62,991 nucleotides of DNA, filler included, from Octopus bimaculoides (GCF_001194135.2; 4 parts of 4 records of this genome joined end to end with filler, not necessarily neighbours in it), one strand, 5' to 3'. Positions 23,205 to 33,633 are shown, counted from the first letter of the whole stretch. Notes: a model not told the origin generated them from the sequence alone. Numbers and translations are program-made.

Positions 23205-23640
23205 TGTATATCTGTATGTGTATATGTATGTATGTATGTCGTTATTCAGTTTTATTTCAAGATTTCTTGGCAATAGAGAAAGAACCGGTTTCTAACCCAG
23301 ATCCAAGGTTCCTTCACTGGAATTTCAACAACATTAAAAAGGTATTTTTAAATATGTGTGTGTATGTATGTATGTATGTATGTATGTATGTATGTATATG
23401 TACTGATTTTAATGTTTTGCTTTCTGTATGTCTTCTCACGCATATACATACATATATAGACACGCTCATATATACTTATATGATAAACTTCTGGCAAGTT
23501 TTACAGATTTCTACAGTTCCAGTCATTGCTTGAATCTTCTTTCTGGTTCTGAGAAGCCTAATTTCTCAAGATTGGTATTTAGGCAGTGTGTTACATATCC
23601 CAGTGTCCCAATAATTACAAGTATAAACCTGAACTTGTAA
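23205..23640 (-). mobile_element. RLE-type non-LTR retrotransposon 3' fragment inside (TATG)n
   Basis: YKFRFILVIIGTLGYVTHCLNTNLEKLGFSEPERR..TGTVEICKTCQKFII*; (TATG)n on both flanks. Confidence 0.8.
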
Positions 23641-23659
23641 TGTATGTATGTATGTAACT

Positions 23660-23890
23660 GGTACTCCGTCGTTTACAACAACGAGGGTCGCAGTTGATCA
23701 ACTGAACAGCCTGCTCGCGAAATTAATGTGCAAGTGGCTGAGCATTCCACAGACACCTGAATCTCTTATCGTAGTTCTAGGGAGATTTAGCGTGACGCAG
23801 AATGTGACAAGGCCAACCCATTGAATTACAGGTAGAACTCATTTTTGCCAGCTGAATGCACTGGAGCAACGTGGAATAAAGTGTCTTTAT
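23660..23890 (-). mobile_element. SINE family C
   Basis: gatcaactgaacagcctgctcgcgaaattaatgtgcaagtggctgagc..gactggagcaacgtg-like body. Confidence 0.75.
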
Positions 23891-23957
23891 ATTTATAAAA
23901 AAGAAGTTTGAAAACGCCACTATATAAAATAAATTTTTATTTATAATTTTCTCAGAG

Positions 23958-24008
23958 ATATTTTACATGTTTCGGTTCTTGAAAAAACGAACCTTATCAA
24001 AAATACAT
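23958..24008 (-). ncRNA. Degenerate Penelope-type hammerhead-like motif
   Basis: Minus strand gtattt-TTGATAA-ggttc(10 nt)gaacc-GAAAC-ATGTA-aaatat. Confidence 0.4.
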
Positions 24009-24134
24009 ATTTTTTAAAAAAATGTAATTAAAAGAAAAGTTCATAATTGTTTCTTACTGGTGTCAACATAGTCAACGTGGGACCGTTTTTNNNNNNNNNN
24101 NNNNNNNNNNNNNNNNNNNNNNNNNNNNNNNNNN

Positions 24135-24146
24135 TTAATTAATTAA
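24135..24146. other. Artificial six-frame-stop linker TTAATTAATTAA inside a 100-bp gap (44 N + 12 + 44 N); also at 45968-45979 and 58961-58972
   Basis: Identical geometry three times; scaffolding spacer. Confidence 0.92.
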
Positions 24147-24221
24147 NNNNNNNNNNNNNNNNNNNNNNNNNNNNNNNNNNNNNNNNNNNNGCTAAGCATT
24201 TCGCCCGGCGTGCTAACGTTT

Positions 24222-24458
24222 CCTATTTCTTTATTGCCCACAAGGGGCTACACACAGAGGGGGACAAACAAGGAGAGACAGACGGATTAAGTCGATTATA
24301 TCGACCCCAGTGCGTGACTGGTACTTATTTAATCGACCCCGAAAAGATGAAAGGCAAGGTCGACCTCGGCGGAATTTGAACTCAGAACGTAGCGGCAGAC
24401 GAAATACCGCTAAGCATTTCGCCCGGCGTGCTAACGTTTCTGCCAGCTCGCCGCCTTC
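24222..24458 (-). mobile_element. SINE family A variant with an alternative 3' tail
   Basis: Same head and core as family A but ends tgtttgtccccctctgtgtgtagccccttgtgggcaataaagaaat. Confidence 0.8.
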
Positions 24459-24824
24459 CACCTACATCTAATATATTGATATTGGATGTAGTTATAGCCG
24501 CACACTAAACTGCTAAAGTCTTATAAGAATTCAACTACCAACAAGACACAGCCGACATATAATGAAACATAGTCGGGGCTTAACTTGGTATTACTGCCAT
24601 AGGGGCCCACTATACACAAACTTCTTTACTTTAAGACACAGAAACAAAGCTTAGCTTCAGCTTAGATGGGTAACCCTTACACAATAACCTCCACAAAATC
24701 TCATACTATCCCCCATATAAATAATAGGGACCTTCCTCAAAAAACATACAAAAAAGAACCTGAATCCCTAATAAACACGAAGCAGGTAAAGAGAATAATA
24801 TTTTTTTTCTATCATATAAGGCGG

Positions 24825-25245
24825 CAAGCCGGCAGAATCGTTAGTACGCCGGACAAAATTCTTAGCAGCATTTCGTCCGTCAATACGTTTTGAGTTCTGA
24901 GTTCAAATTCCGCCGAGGTTGACTTAGTCTTTCGTCCTTGCGGTGTTGATAAAATAAGTACCAGCTGAATACTGAGGGGACCGATGTAATTGACCTACTC
25001 CCTTCCCCCGAAATCGCTGGCCTTGTGTCAAAATTTAAAACCATTTCTTTCTACTGTATGTACAAAGAGGGACTTGGCTGATTACATCGACTCCAGGACT
25101 TAACTGCTACTTATTTTATCGACCATGAAAGGATGAAAGAGAAAGATGACTTTGGTGGCATTTGAACTCAGAATGTAAAGACAAACGTAATATCACTAAG
25201 CATTTTCTACACTCTGCTAATGATTATTCCAGCTCGCCGCCTTAA
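24825..25245. mobile_element. Two family A SINEs tail-to-tail (plus 24825-25050, minus 25065-25245)
   Basis: ggcggcaagccggcagaatcgttag..gagttcaaattccgccgagg, then the reverse copy ending ccagctcgccgcctt. Confidence 0.8.
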
Positions 25246-25257
25246 ACTTATTATTAA

Positions 25258-25291
<34 letters not shown>

Positions 25292-25293
<2 letters not shown>

Positions 25294-25721
25294 GTGAGAG
25301 AGCAGAGCAATTATACGAAGCCCAATATACCCATCATGACTACCCGTCTGATAAGGGTACACCAGACACATGCATCACAACCATATGTGCGCAACATGGT
25401 GATCTCATATCAAGATAAACAGCGCATGACTTTACAGGTGGGGCCCAGTTAGAATTTTCTTCAAGTTGAGCAGCCCATCCCACACACAAAGGTCCCTGAA
25501 TAAGGTTTGTTTAAGGATGTTGAGCAAAACACCCATGTTTCCAAAGGTGAATTATTCAAACCCCAAAGAATTCCTCTTACACATGGCTATGATGCTCTTC
25601 CACTACTTCTCAACTGGTTAAGGTCAAACAACTGACAAGCAAATCTGTGGTATTGAGCAGAATATTTGCTGTAGCCCATCTTTTATATCTTGAGGTATTG
25701 ATTAGAATTGTGGCATTGAGC

Positions 25722-25753
<32 letters not shown>

Positions 25754-26150
25754 GAGTGAGAGAGCAGTGCATGCCATCAAAGTGACACTGGGGTAAAATA
25801 TACGAAGCCCAATATACCCATCATGACTACCCGTATGATAAGGGTGCACCAGGCACATGCATCACAACCATATGTGCACGACATGGTGATCTCATATCAA
25901 GATAAACAGCGCATGAAGGGCAAGGGCTCTTGCCCTGTTGTTCAAGCACCCGTGGCTTTTGTGGGGGTTTTTTTTCACGAGGACCTTAAAGCGCCTTCCC
26001 TATTAGGAGTTTTAAACTGTTCAATTTTTATTGCTATTACATTGTGTACACCCGAAAACCCATTGTATCGTCCTGCTTTTGTTTTTTATGTTGTATGTCA
26101 TTTAGTGTTTTGTATGAGCCCTTGTGACCAATAAGAGAATAAATCATTAA

Positions 26151-26181
<31 letters not shown>

Positions 26182-26625
26182 GTTGTTGTTGTTATTATTG
26201 AGTGAGAGAGCGGCGCATGCCATCAAAGTGACACAGGGGTACAACGATTCGAAGCTCAATATACCTATCATGGCTACTCGTCGGATAAGGGTACACCAGA
26301 CACATGCATCACAACCATATGAACTAAACACCCATGCTTCCAAAGGTGAATTATTCAAACCCCAAAGAATTCATCTTAACACATGTCTATGATCCTCGCC
26401 CACAACTTCTGCTCGTGATCAGAGATGCACGTATCGTCAGCCACCAAGGGACATGCTCAACTGGTTAAGGTCAAACAACTGACAAGCAAATCTGCGGTAT
26501 TGAGCAGAATATTTGCTGTAGCCCATCTTTTATACCAAGACAAAACAATGTACGCGATAACACTTCCAATCAGTTAAGATCAGAAGCCATGAGAGCCACT
26601 GCGTGATACTGCATCAGAGCATTTA
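25292..26625 (-). mobile_element. Three clustered copies of a (TAA)n-embedded dispersed repeat (25292-25715, 25752-25915, 26198-26625)
   Basis: Each begins agtgagagagc..catgccatcaaagtgacac directly after (TTA)n; shared blocks catcacaaccatatg and ggttaaggtcaaacaactgacaagc. Confidence 0.75.
25918..26135 (+). mobile_element. Tx1/L1-clade LINE 3' UTR fragment
   Basis: Matches the reverse complement of 42098-42330; ends gcccttgtgaccaataagagaataaa. Confidence 0.65.
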
Positions 26626-26659
26626 TTACTATTATTATTATTATTATTTCAATTTTTTT

Positions 26660-26845
26660 CCACAACGGCAGCTTGGGGGAGGTGGGGATTTATTGATTAC
26701 ATCGACCCTAGTGTTCAACCGGTGCTTATTTAATCGACCCCGAAAGGATGAAAGGCAAAGTCGACCTCGGCGGGGTTTGAACTCAGAACGTAACGGCAGA
26801 CGAAATACCGCTAAGCATTTCGCCTGACGTGCTAATGACTGCCAG
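26660..26845 (-). mobile_element. SINE family A
   Basis: aatcgaccccgaaaggatgaaaggcaaagtcgacctcggcggggtttgaactcagaacg. Confidence 0.85.
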
Positions 26846-27192
26846 ATCACAGACCTTCGTTTTAAGGCTTCATAACAACAATATTCTAGAACATGACTGG
26901 TGACACTATTATACTGTTGAACTGATTTATTACATAATATAAAACAAAATTAACATGCAAAAAAACCTTTGAAATACAGTGGTAAGTGGCCAAGGTATTA
27001 TGACACCACAACACACCAGGCACAAAAAAAATTAATTAATGAACGAAAATAAATCCTGGACGCTCAAAACGTCGATTCAAACGATATGTTGTAGATCATT
27101 TACATTAGAGGTTCGTAAACTTTTGGGGCCACCGCCCCTCGTCCCCGCATAGCCACATAATACTCTCAGCGCCCCACCCTTATCTTTATGGA

Positions 27193-27584
27193 TACTCTTT
27201 TACTTGTTTCAGTCATTTGACTGCGGCCATGCTGGAGCACCACCTTTAGTCGAGCAAATCGACCCCGGGACTTATTCTTTGTAAGCCTAGTACTTATTCT
27301 ATCGGTCTCTTTTGCCGAACCGCTAAGTGACGGGGGCATAAGCACACCAGCATCGGTTGTCAAGCGATGCTAGGGGGACAAACACAGACACACAAACACA
27401 CACATACATACATATATACGACAGGCTTCTTTCAGTTTCCGTCTACCAAATCCACTCACAAGGCTTTGGTCGGCCCGAGGCTATAGTAGAAGACACTTGC
27501 CCAAGATGCCACGCAGTGGGACTGAACCCGGCACCATGTGGTTGGTAAGTAAGCTACTTACCACACAGCCACTCCTGCGCCTAT
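27193..27584 (-). mobile_element. SINE family B, full length (tRNA head plus CORE-like segment)
   Basis: Minus strand A box TGGCTGTGTGG, B box GGTTCAGTCCC, then ggcatcttgggcaagtgtctt (CORE-like), internal (TG)n, tail gactgaaacaagtaaaagagta. Confidence 0.9.
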
Positions 27585-27783
27585 AAATAAATATTTTATA
27601 TTCTACTAATTTATATATACTATGAATCATTTGATATTTAATATAATATTACATAATATGTATACAATGCTATAATAATATTATAATAAATTCACAGCGT
27701 CCCCCAATCTATTGCCTTCCTCCCAACGCCTCCTTTTTCTCTACAGCCCCCTTAGGCACCGGCGCCCATCTGGACCGTCTCAA

Positions 27784-27928
27784 CGCCCACCGGGAGAAGA
27801 GGGTAGCGCCCACCGGGAGAAGAGGGTAGCGCCCACCGGGAGAAGAGGGTAGCGCCCACCGGGAGAAGAGGGTAGCGCCCACCGGGAGAAGAGGGTAGCG
27901 CCCACCGGGAGAAGAGGGTAGCGCCCAC
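27784..27928 (+). repeat. Perfect 23-bp tandem repeat, 6.3 copies (cgcccaccgggagaagagggtag)
   Basis: Six identical units counted, no spacers. Confidence 0.97.
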
Positions 27929-28369
27929 TTTGAGAACTTATGATCTACATGAACTCCATGGTACAATAGAGAAATAAGAGTGGAAAGATTGAAAGAGAAT
28001 TAATGGGAAACTATTAAAATTACAGTACAGTCGAGTTTTCTGATTATCAGATTACAGAAAGAAGAGCTGGCCCTAATTTACGAAAACGTGTGTGTGAGTC
28101 CCTGGGTGCTACGTGTGTATGCATATACGTGTATGCGTGTGCATGTGCGTGTGTGTACACGTGCGTAAGTGTGCACGCATGCGTAGAAATTACGGTTTGT
28201 GAGTTATGTGTAATTCTAAAGAAATTAATAAAACTGTATAGCTTCATATGAATAAAGCATCCGGCTATATTATTTATGTTCTTAGTTGATAACTATTACA
28301 TGTTGCTGCTGCTGTTGATTGCTGTTGTTGTGGTTGTTAATACTACTAATACAACTACTGCTGTGACTA

Positions 28370-28405
<36 letters not shown>

Positions 28406-28508
28406 ATGCTACTACTACTACTACTACATTTGTTTCATTATTTTATGTCATGCTTTTTGCCATGTAATTTCCAAGTGATGCCATTTTGCCTCGGAACACC
28501 CATTACAG

Positions 28509-28553
28509 ATGACAGACGTACTACTGTTGTTCCTCAACCTAAGCATCGGAGAG
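28509..28553 (+). CDS. Candidate 45-nt exon
   Basis: cattacAG| and GAG|GTGAGT; open as (D)DRRTTVVPQPKHRR or MTDVLLLFLNLSIGE; weak pyrimidine tract. Confidence 0.25.
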
Positions 28554-28777
28554 GTGAGTGAAGAAGAGAGTGGACGACAGAAAGAAAGAAAGAAACAAAC
28601 AAACAAACAAACAGACAAAAGAGGGGAAAAGGTTTGGAGGGCTTCAAGATGGAGGACCGACTTGGACGGTGAGAGTCCAGTCGTAAATTAAGCATGGAAA
28701 ATTACCAATTTTCACTATGTAAATGAAGCAATGATAATATGTAATAATGGTAATAATAAACAGAAAATGAAGCAGAC

Positions 28778-28827
<50 letters not shown>

Positions 28828-28855
28828 CTTTTCTACTATAAGCACAAGGCCTGAA

Positions 28856-28980
28856 ATGTGGCAGCTACGAGATTCGAACATAAAGGTTATCCCTATTGTC
28901 ATCGGGGCATTGGGTTCAATACCACCCAATCTGAAAAACCATCTGAAAACCTTAGAGATACCCTACAATCTGGATGTATT
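28856..28980 (+). mobile_element. R4/Dong-type RLE fragment (subfamily of 41750) joined to SINE A tails
   Basis: MWQLRDSNIKVIPIVIGALGSIPPNLKNHLKTLEIPYNL. Confidence 0.75.
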
Positions 28981-29140
28981 CTTTTCTACTCTAGGTACAA
29001 GGCCCCACATTTTTGGGGAGGGGGCCAGTCGATTAGATCAATCCCAGTACGCAACTGGTGCTTAATTTGTCGACCCCGAAAGGATGAAAGGCAAAGTCGA
29101 CCTCGAAACACTGCTAAGCATTTCGCCCGGCGTGCTGACG
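28980..29140 (-). mobile_element. SINE family A, internally deleted
   Basis: cttttctactctaggtacaaggcccc..gtcgaccccgaaaggatg. Confidence 0.8.
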
Positions 29141-29144
29141 TTTT

Positions 29145-29820
29145 TAGGTCCACACGACCCTTAGGGGTCCATATAAGACTTTTATATTAAAATTTATGTG
29201 CAATAAGCGCAATAAACTGATACTGTACACAAACTAATTTAACTTTTTAGACAATACTGTTCTAAATTTTTAGACAACACTGTTCCATATACGAAAACTA
29301 AATGAGGTAGCACATATGCTAGAACACAATAACCTCCTAAGCAGACCTAACGCAGATATGAGTAGAATATGGGAACCGATATTAAGGAAAGATACAAAAA
29401 TAAGTTTATAAGCCTTAAAATTCAATATATAATTGCCCACGTGGTTGAGATCGCGGGCTAATAACCCCAAGATTCCTGGCTCAATCCCAGGCAGTGACTT
29501 GAATTAATAATAACATCAGCAAAAAATACTTCATGTATAATAACAGAGTACCCAGTTAATCAAATAAAGGGTTGGGTTCGAAATTCCAACAGAACACCCG
29601 ATAGAGGCTGGAGAGTACATCAGGCGAAACGTTGTGATAACAACAAACAAGTTGAGGACACCAATCTGTCCAATGTAAATATTTTTAGACAATTCCTAAT
29701 AAATATTTAATTATAAAAATAAAATGGGACTTTTTAAATTATTGAATGGCTATGGAGGTCCAGTTAAGTAAAATATGAACGAAAGGGGGTCTAAAGACTA
29801 AAAATGGTTGAGAACCATTG
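29145..29820. mobile_element. hAT-like MITE interrupted by a Penelope fragment; a left-end relative lies at 60618-60810
   Basis: Right end aaaaatggttgagaaccattg; ggtccacacgacccttaggggtccat shared with 60634 ggtccatatgaccattagggcctcca. Confidence 0.55.
29285..29685 (+). mobile_element. Penelope-like retroelement 3' end: GIY-YIG C-terminus, tRNA-like segment and hammerhead-like motif
   Basis: RKLNEVAHMLEHNNLLSRPNADMSRIWEPILR (29292-29387); gcccacgtggttgag..ggctcaatccc (29435-29488); cac-CCGATAGA-ggctg..caggc-GAAAC-GTT-gtg (29595-29636). Confidence 0.6.
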
Positions 29821-30408
29821 ATCTACCCGAATTTCTCTTTTTTTTAACAAAGCATAGGTCAACAAGAGGGTTCACGAAAGAAAAAGAAAATGCATTTTCC
29901 GAATAAAACGCGCAACAGAATCGAATCCAGAATCACAATTCCAACACAAATTTCTTAAGAATATATCAATGCATACACCGACAAAATAAATACAACAGAG
30001 TCAATCTGACTTGCTCCGGAAAAGGAAAGTGAAAGTAGTTGCTGCTAATGAATGGGCGAAACTTGAAAATATGACGGGAAAACGTTTAAAATGGGAGTCG
30101 TGTCTTTATAATAGGGAGAGAGAGGGAAAGAGAAATTCGAGTCGAACAAGAGATCCTTTCCCACGCTGCTTTTCCATGATCTTCCAAATCCTACTTAATC
30201 TTCTTTGTGGAAAAGTAACTCATCATAAAGTGTTTTGTTATCTTTTCATTGCTGAAATAAATTGTTTTGCAGCTTTGAACGTAACATCAATATAACTATG
30301 GAGACACACAGAAAAATGTACACGTACACACAAACACACAACTATGTGTGTGTGTGTGTGCGCGCGCGGGTGTTATACATAGATATAATATACATAGATG
30401 TGTGTATA

Positions 30409-30466
<58 letters not shown>

Positions 30467-30530
30467 TATGTATATGTATGCATATATATATATTATATTT
30501 CTAGATGAATAAATATAAATAATATATATA

Positions 30531-30832
30531 GGAGTGGCTGTGTGGTAAGTAGCTTGCCTACCAACCACATAGTCCCAAGTTCAGTCCCACTGCGTGGCAC
30601 CTTGGGTGTCTTCTACTATAGCATCGGGTCGACCAAAGCCTTGTGAGTGGATTTGGTAGACGGAAACTAAAAGAAGCCTGTCGTATATGTGTGTGTGTGT
30701 GTGTGCATGTGTGTGTGTATGCGTATGCCTGTGTTTGCCCCCCCCCCACACACACACACACACTATCGTTTGACAATCTATATTGGCGTGTTTACGTCCC
30801 CGTAACTTAGCGGTTCGGCAAAAGGGGTGCGG
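30531..30832 (+). mobile_element. SINE family B, 3' truncated at the Tx1 junction
   Basis: ggagtggctgtgtggtaagtagcttgcctacc..gttcagtcccactgcgtggcaccttggg..cttagcggttcggcaaaa. Confidence 0.85.
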
Positions 30833-31750
30833 AAGACCCGTGCTTGCATAAACAGGCAAGCATAATAGTGCAATAGAGCAAAATCATCGAGATGACCTCT
30901 GCTGCTTTGGGGGAATACAAGCGGGTAACAGGAGCAAGAATTAACCACGAGTTGTTAGGCCTACAGCTTGGCGCCTGGTGAGGCAGATCCATGCATCTAA
31001 CAGCCTCGACAGACGCTGGACAGACGGACCAGTTAATTTGCTCGGGGTTTGGTTTTGTTTGGTTTGGTTTGATTAAATCCTGATCTCCATGTGGACAAGA
31101 ACTGGGGAAAGATGACGAGCAGGGTGGCTAGTCTCACCCAGAAATGCATCGAGAGGAAACTATTCGTGGAAATTCGAGCGGCGATGGCGAATGCTTACAT
31201 CACATTGGTTATCTACTATCGCTTGGCTCTTGTGCTTTGGAACGCTTGCTTTTCAGTTTTCTGTGGAGGGGGCGGGTTCCGATGGTCAGACGGTCTGTTT
31301 ATCATCAACATCCGCTGCGTGATGGGCTGAGCATGCCCATCATGGCTAATGATGCGCAGACATTACGTTGAAGCTACATATCCAGCGTCACCATAATGCT
31401 GAGCAAGTGTGGTTGCCGTCTGCCAGGCTCACTTTTCCGCATCTCGTCTCTATCACGGAGATGGAGTCCTGGATCAAGTGCAGGGTGCCTGAGACACCAA
31501 GAGTGCTCTCAAGTGCTCACAACCCTTTGCCAGTCGAGCAATGCGGTCAGTGGATATTCTGCCATGTGTTCTATAGAAGATTGTGGTAAGTAAGAGCGAC
31601 GACGGCCTCAGGAAAACTCTGAGCGTCGATGAAAATCAGTTAAACGGTCAAATGCGGTGGACTTTCGATCAGCTAAAATTTGAAAGAAGGCATAGCTGTT
31701 TATTTCTAGCACGTGAAGCAACTGTATAGCGGAACCCGCGTTTGTCCCAG
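30833..31750 (+). mobile_element. Tx1/L1-clade LINE ORF2 fragment (RT C-terminal half to zinc finger), decayed
   Basis: IEMTSAALGEYKRVTGARIN, WTDGPVNLLGVWF, DKNWGKMTSRV, LERLLFSFLWRGRVPMVRRS, TLSVDENQL, VCPR. Confidence 0.85.
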
Positions 31751-32190
31751 AGACGAGATGCAGAAAAGTGTGCCGAGCAAACGGCGAACACACTTGCTCA
31801 GCGTTATGGTGACACTGAATATGTAGTTTCAGGGTAATGTCTGCGCATCATTAGCCACGGCATGCCCAGCCCATCACGCAGCGGATGTTGATGATAAACA
31901 GACCGTTTGCTTTTTGGTTTTCTGCAGAAAACCAAAAAGCAAACGTTCCAAAGCACAAGAATCAAGCGGAAGTGGATGATCAATGTGATGTAGGCACTAT
32001 TATGATTGCCCGTTTATGCAAACACGGGTCTTCCGCACCCCAAGTCACCGCGGGATGTCTCTGGAGATCTCCAATATCTATAGCAGTGACTCTAGGGTCA
32101 GTACGTGCAGAAGGGGAGAGAGAGGAGGCACCTTTGGCAGACCGAACACATGATAGTGAATGGTACCGACTAGTGTCTATTTACTCTGAG
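31750..32190 (-). mobile_element. Inverted, internally deleted second copy of the same Tx1 region
   Basis: Reverse complement matches 30833-30880 and 31200-31450; also PLSPLLHVLTLE and a degenerate YADD. Confidence 0.8.
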
Positions 32191-33527
32191 TACCCGAGCA
32201 AATACCTCTGTATATTGTAGTGATTTAGTTTCTGAAGACAGGCTCGATCGTTGTTCCTGGTGGTGTTTAACCCCAGGTCAATCCTGAAGCAGAAGACCTA
32301 TAAAAGAATTCTAGCTGTGACCATCACGTTTTTATTCTTCTTAAGGCACTGTGAAACACCGACTGCATCGTTCATTGTATCCATTATTTCTAATACCGCA
32401 ATGGCGGGGTTTGTGAGCGATTCAGCTACTATTCCTAGCAAATCAAACAGCCATGGAGAAGCATCCTAAATAGGCTTCATTGATGTTTTTATTCACACAT
32501 CCAACCATTGTTTTTCTTTTCCTTCTCCTTAACTCCTCACAGAACAATCATACAATCACCCATTTTTTTTATTCCTTTCTTTTCTTTTTGTTTTGTTTTG
32601 TTTCCATTGCCACCAACACCGCCATCATCAGCACACTAAATTCTATTTCTTTTTTTTTTTCCTTTTTGTTGTTGTTTTTATTTTTCACAAAAGAACAAAA
32701 AGAATCCGTATAAGATATGTATGGATTTTNNNNNNNNNNNNNNNNNNNNNNNNNNNNNNNNNNNNNNNNNNNNNNNNNNNNNNNNNNNNNNNNNNNNNNN
32801 NNNNNNNNNNNNNNNNNNNNNNNNNNNNNNNNNNNNNNNNNNNNNNNNNNNNNNNNNNNNNNNNNNNNNNNNNNNNNNNNNNNNNNNNNNNNNNNNNNNN
32901 NNNNNNNNNNNNNNNNNNNNNNNNNNNNNNNNNNNNNNNNNNNNNNNNNNNNNNNNNNNNNNNNNNNNNNNNNNNNNNNNNNNNNNNNNNNNNNNNNNNN
33001 NNNNNNNNNNNNNNNNNNNNNNNNNNNNNNNNNNNNNNNNNNNNNNNNNNNNNNNNNNNNNNNNNNNNNNNNNNNNNNNNNNNNNNNNNNNNNNNNNNNN
33101 NNNNNNNNNNNNNNNNNNNNNNNNNNNNNNNNNNNNNNNNNNNNNNNNNNNNNNNNNNNNNNNNNNNNNNNNNNNNNNNNNNNNNNNNNNNNNNNNNNNN
33201 NNNNNNNNNNNNNNNNNNNNNNNNNNNNNNNNNNNNNNNNNNNNNNNNNNNNNNNNNNNNNNNNNNNNNNNNNNNNNNNNNNNNNNNNNNNNNNNNNNNN
33301 NNNNNNNNNNNNNNNNNNNNNNNNNNNNNNNNNNNNNNNNNNNNNNNNNNNNNNNNNNNNNNNNNNNNNNNNNNNNNNNNNNNNNNNNNNNNNNNNNNNN
33401 NNNNNNNNNNNNNNNNNNNNNNNNNNNNNNNNNNNNNNNNNNNNNNNNNNNNNNNNNNNNNNNNNNNNNNNNNNNNNNNGGGGGTTGCAAATTAGTTTAG
33501 TTAACGTTACATGCGTTATGATTCAAA

Positions 33528-33563
<36 letters not shown>

Positions 33564-33633
33564 TTATTTCTTTGTTTCTACCTTTTAATTTCTCTCTTTA
33601 TTTATTTTTTTTTTTTCGTTCTTTTGCAAACAG

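Larger units (their letters stand above)
27106..27943. mobile_element. hAT-like non-autonomous element interrupted by a SINE
   Basis: Degenerate ends agaggttcgtaaact and cccactttgagaacttatg resemble CAGGGGTTCTCAAA-type TIRs. Confidence 0.45.

Noticed and set aside
27784-27928. CRISPR-like array
   Set aside because: Repeats are head-to-tail with no spacers, no cas genes are present and the context is eukaryotic
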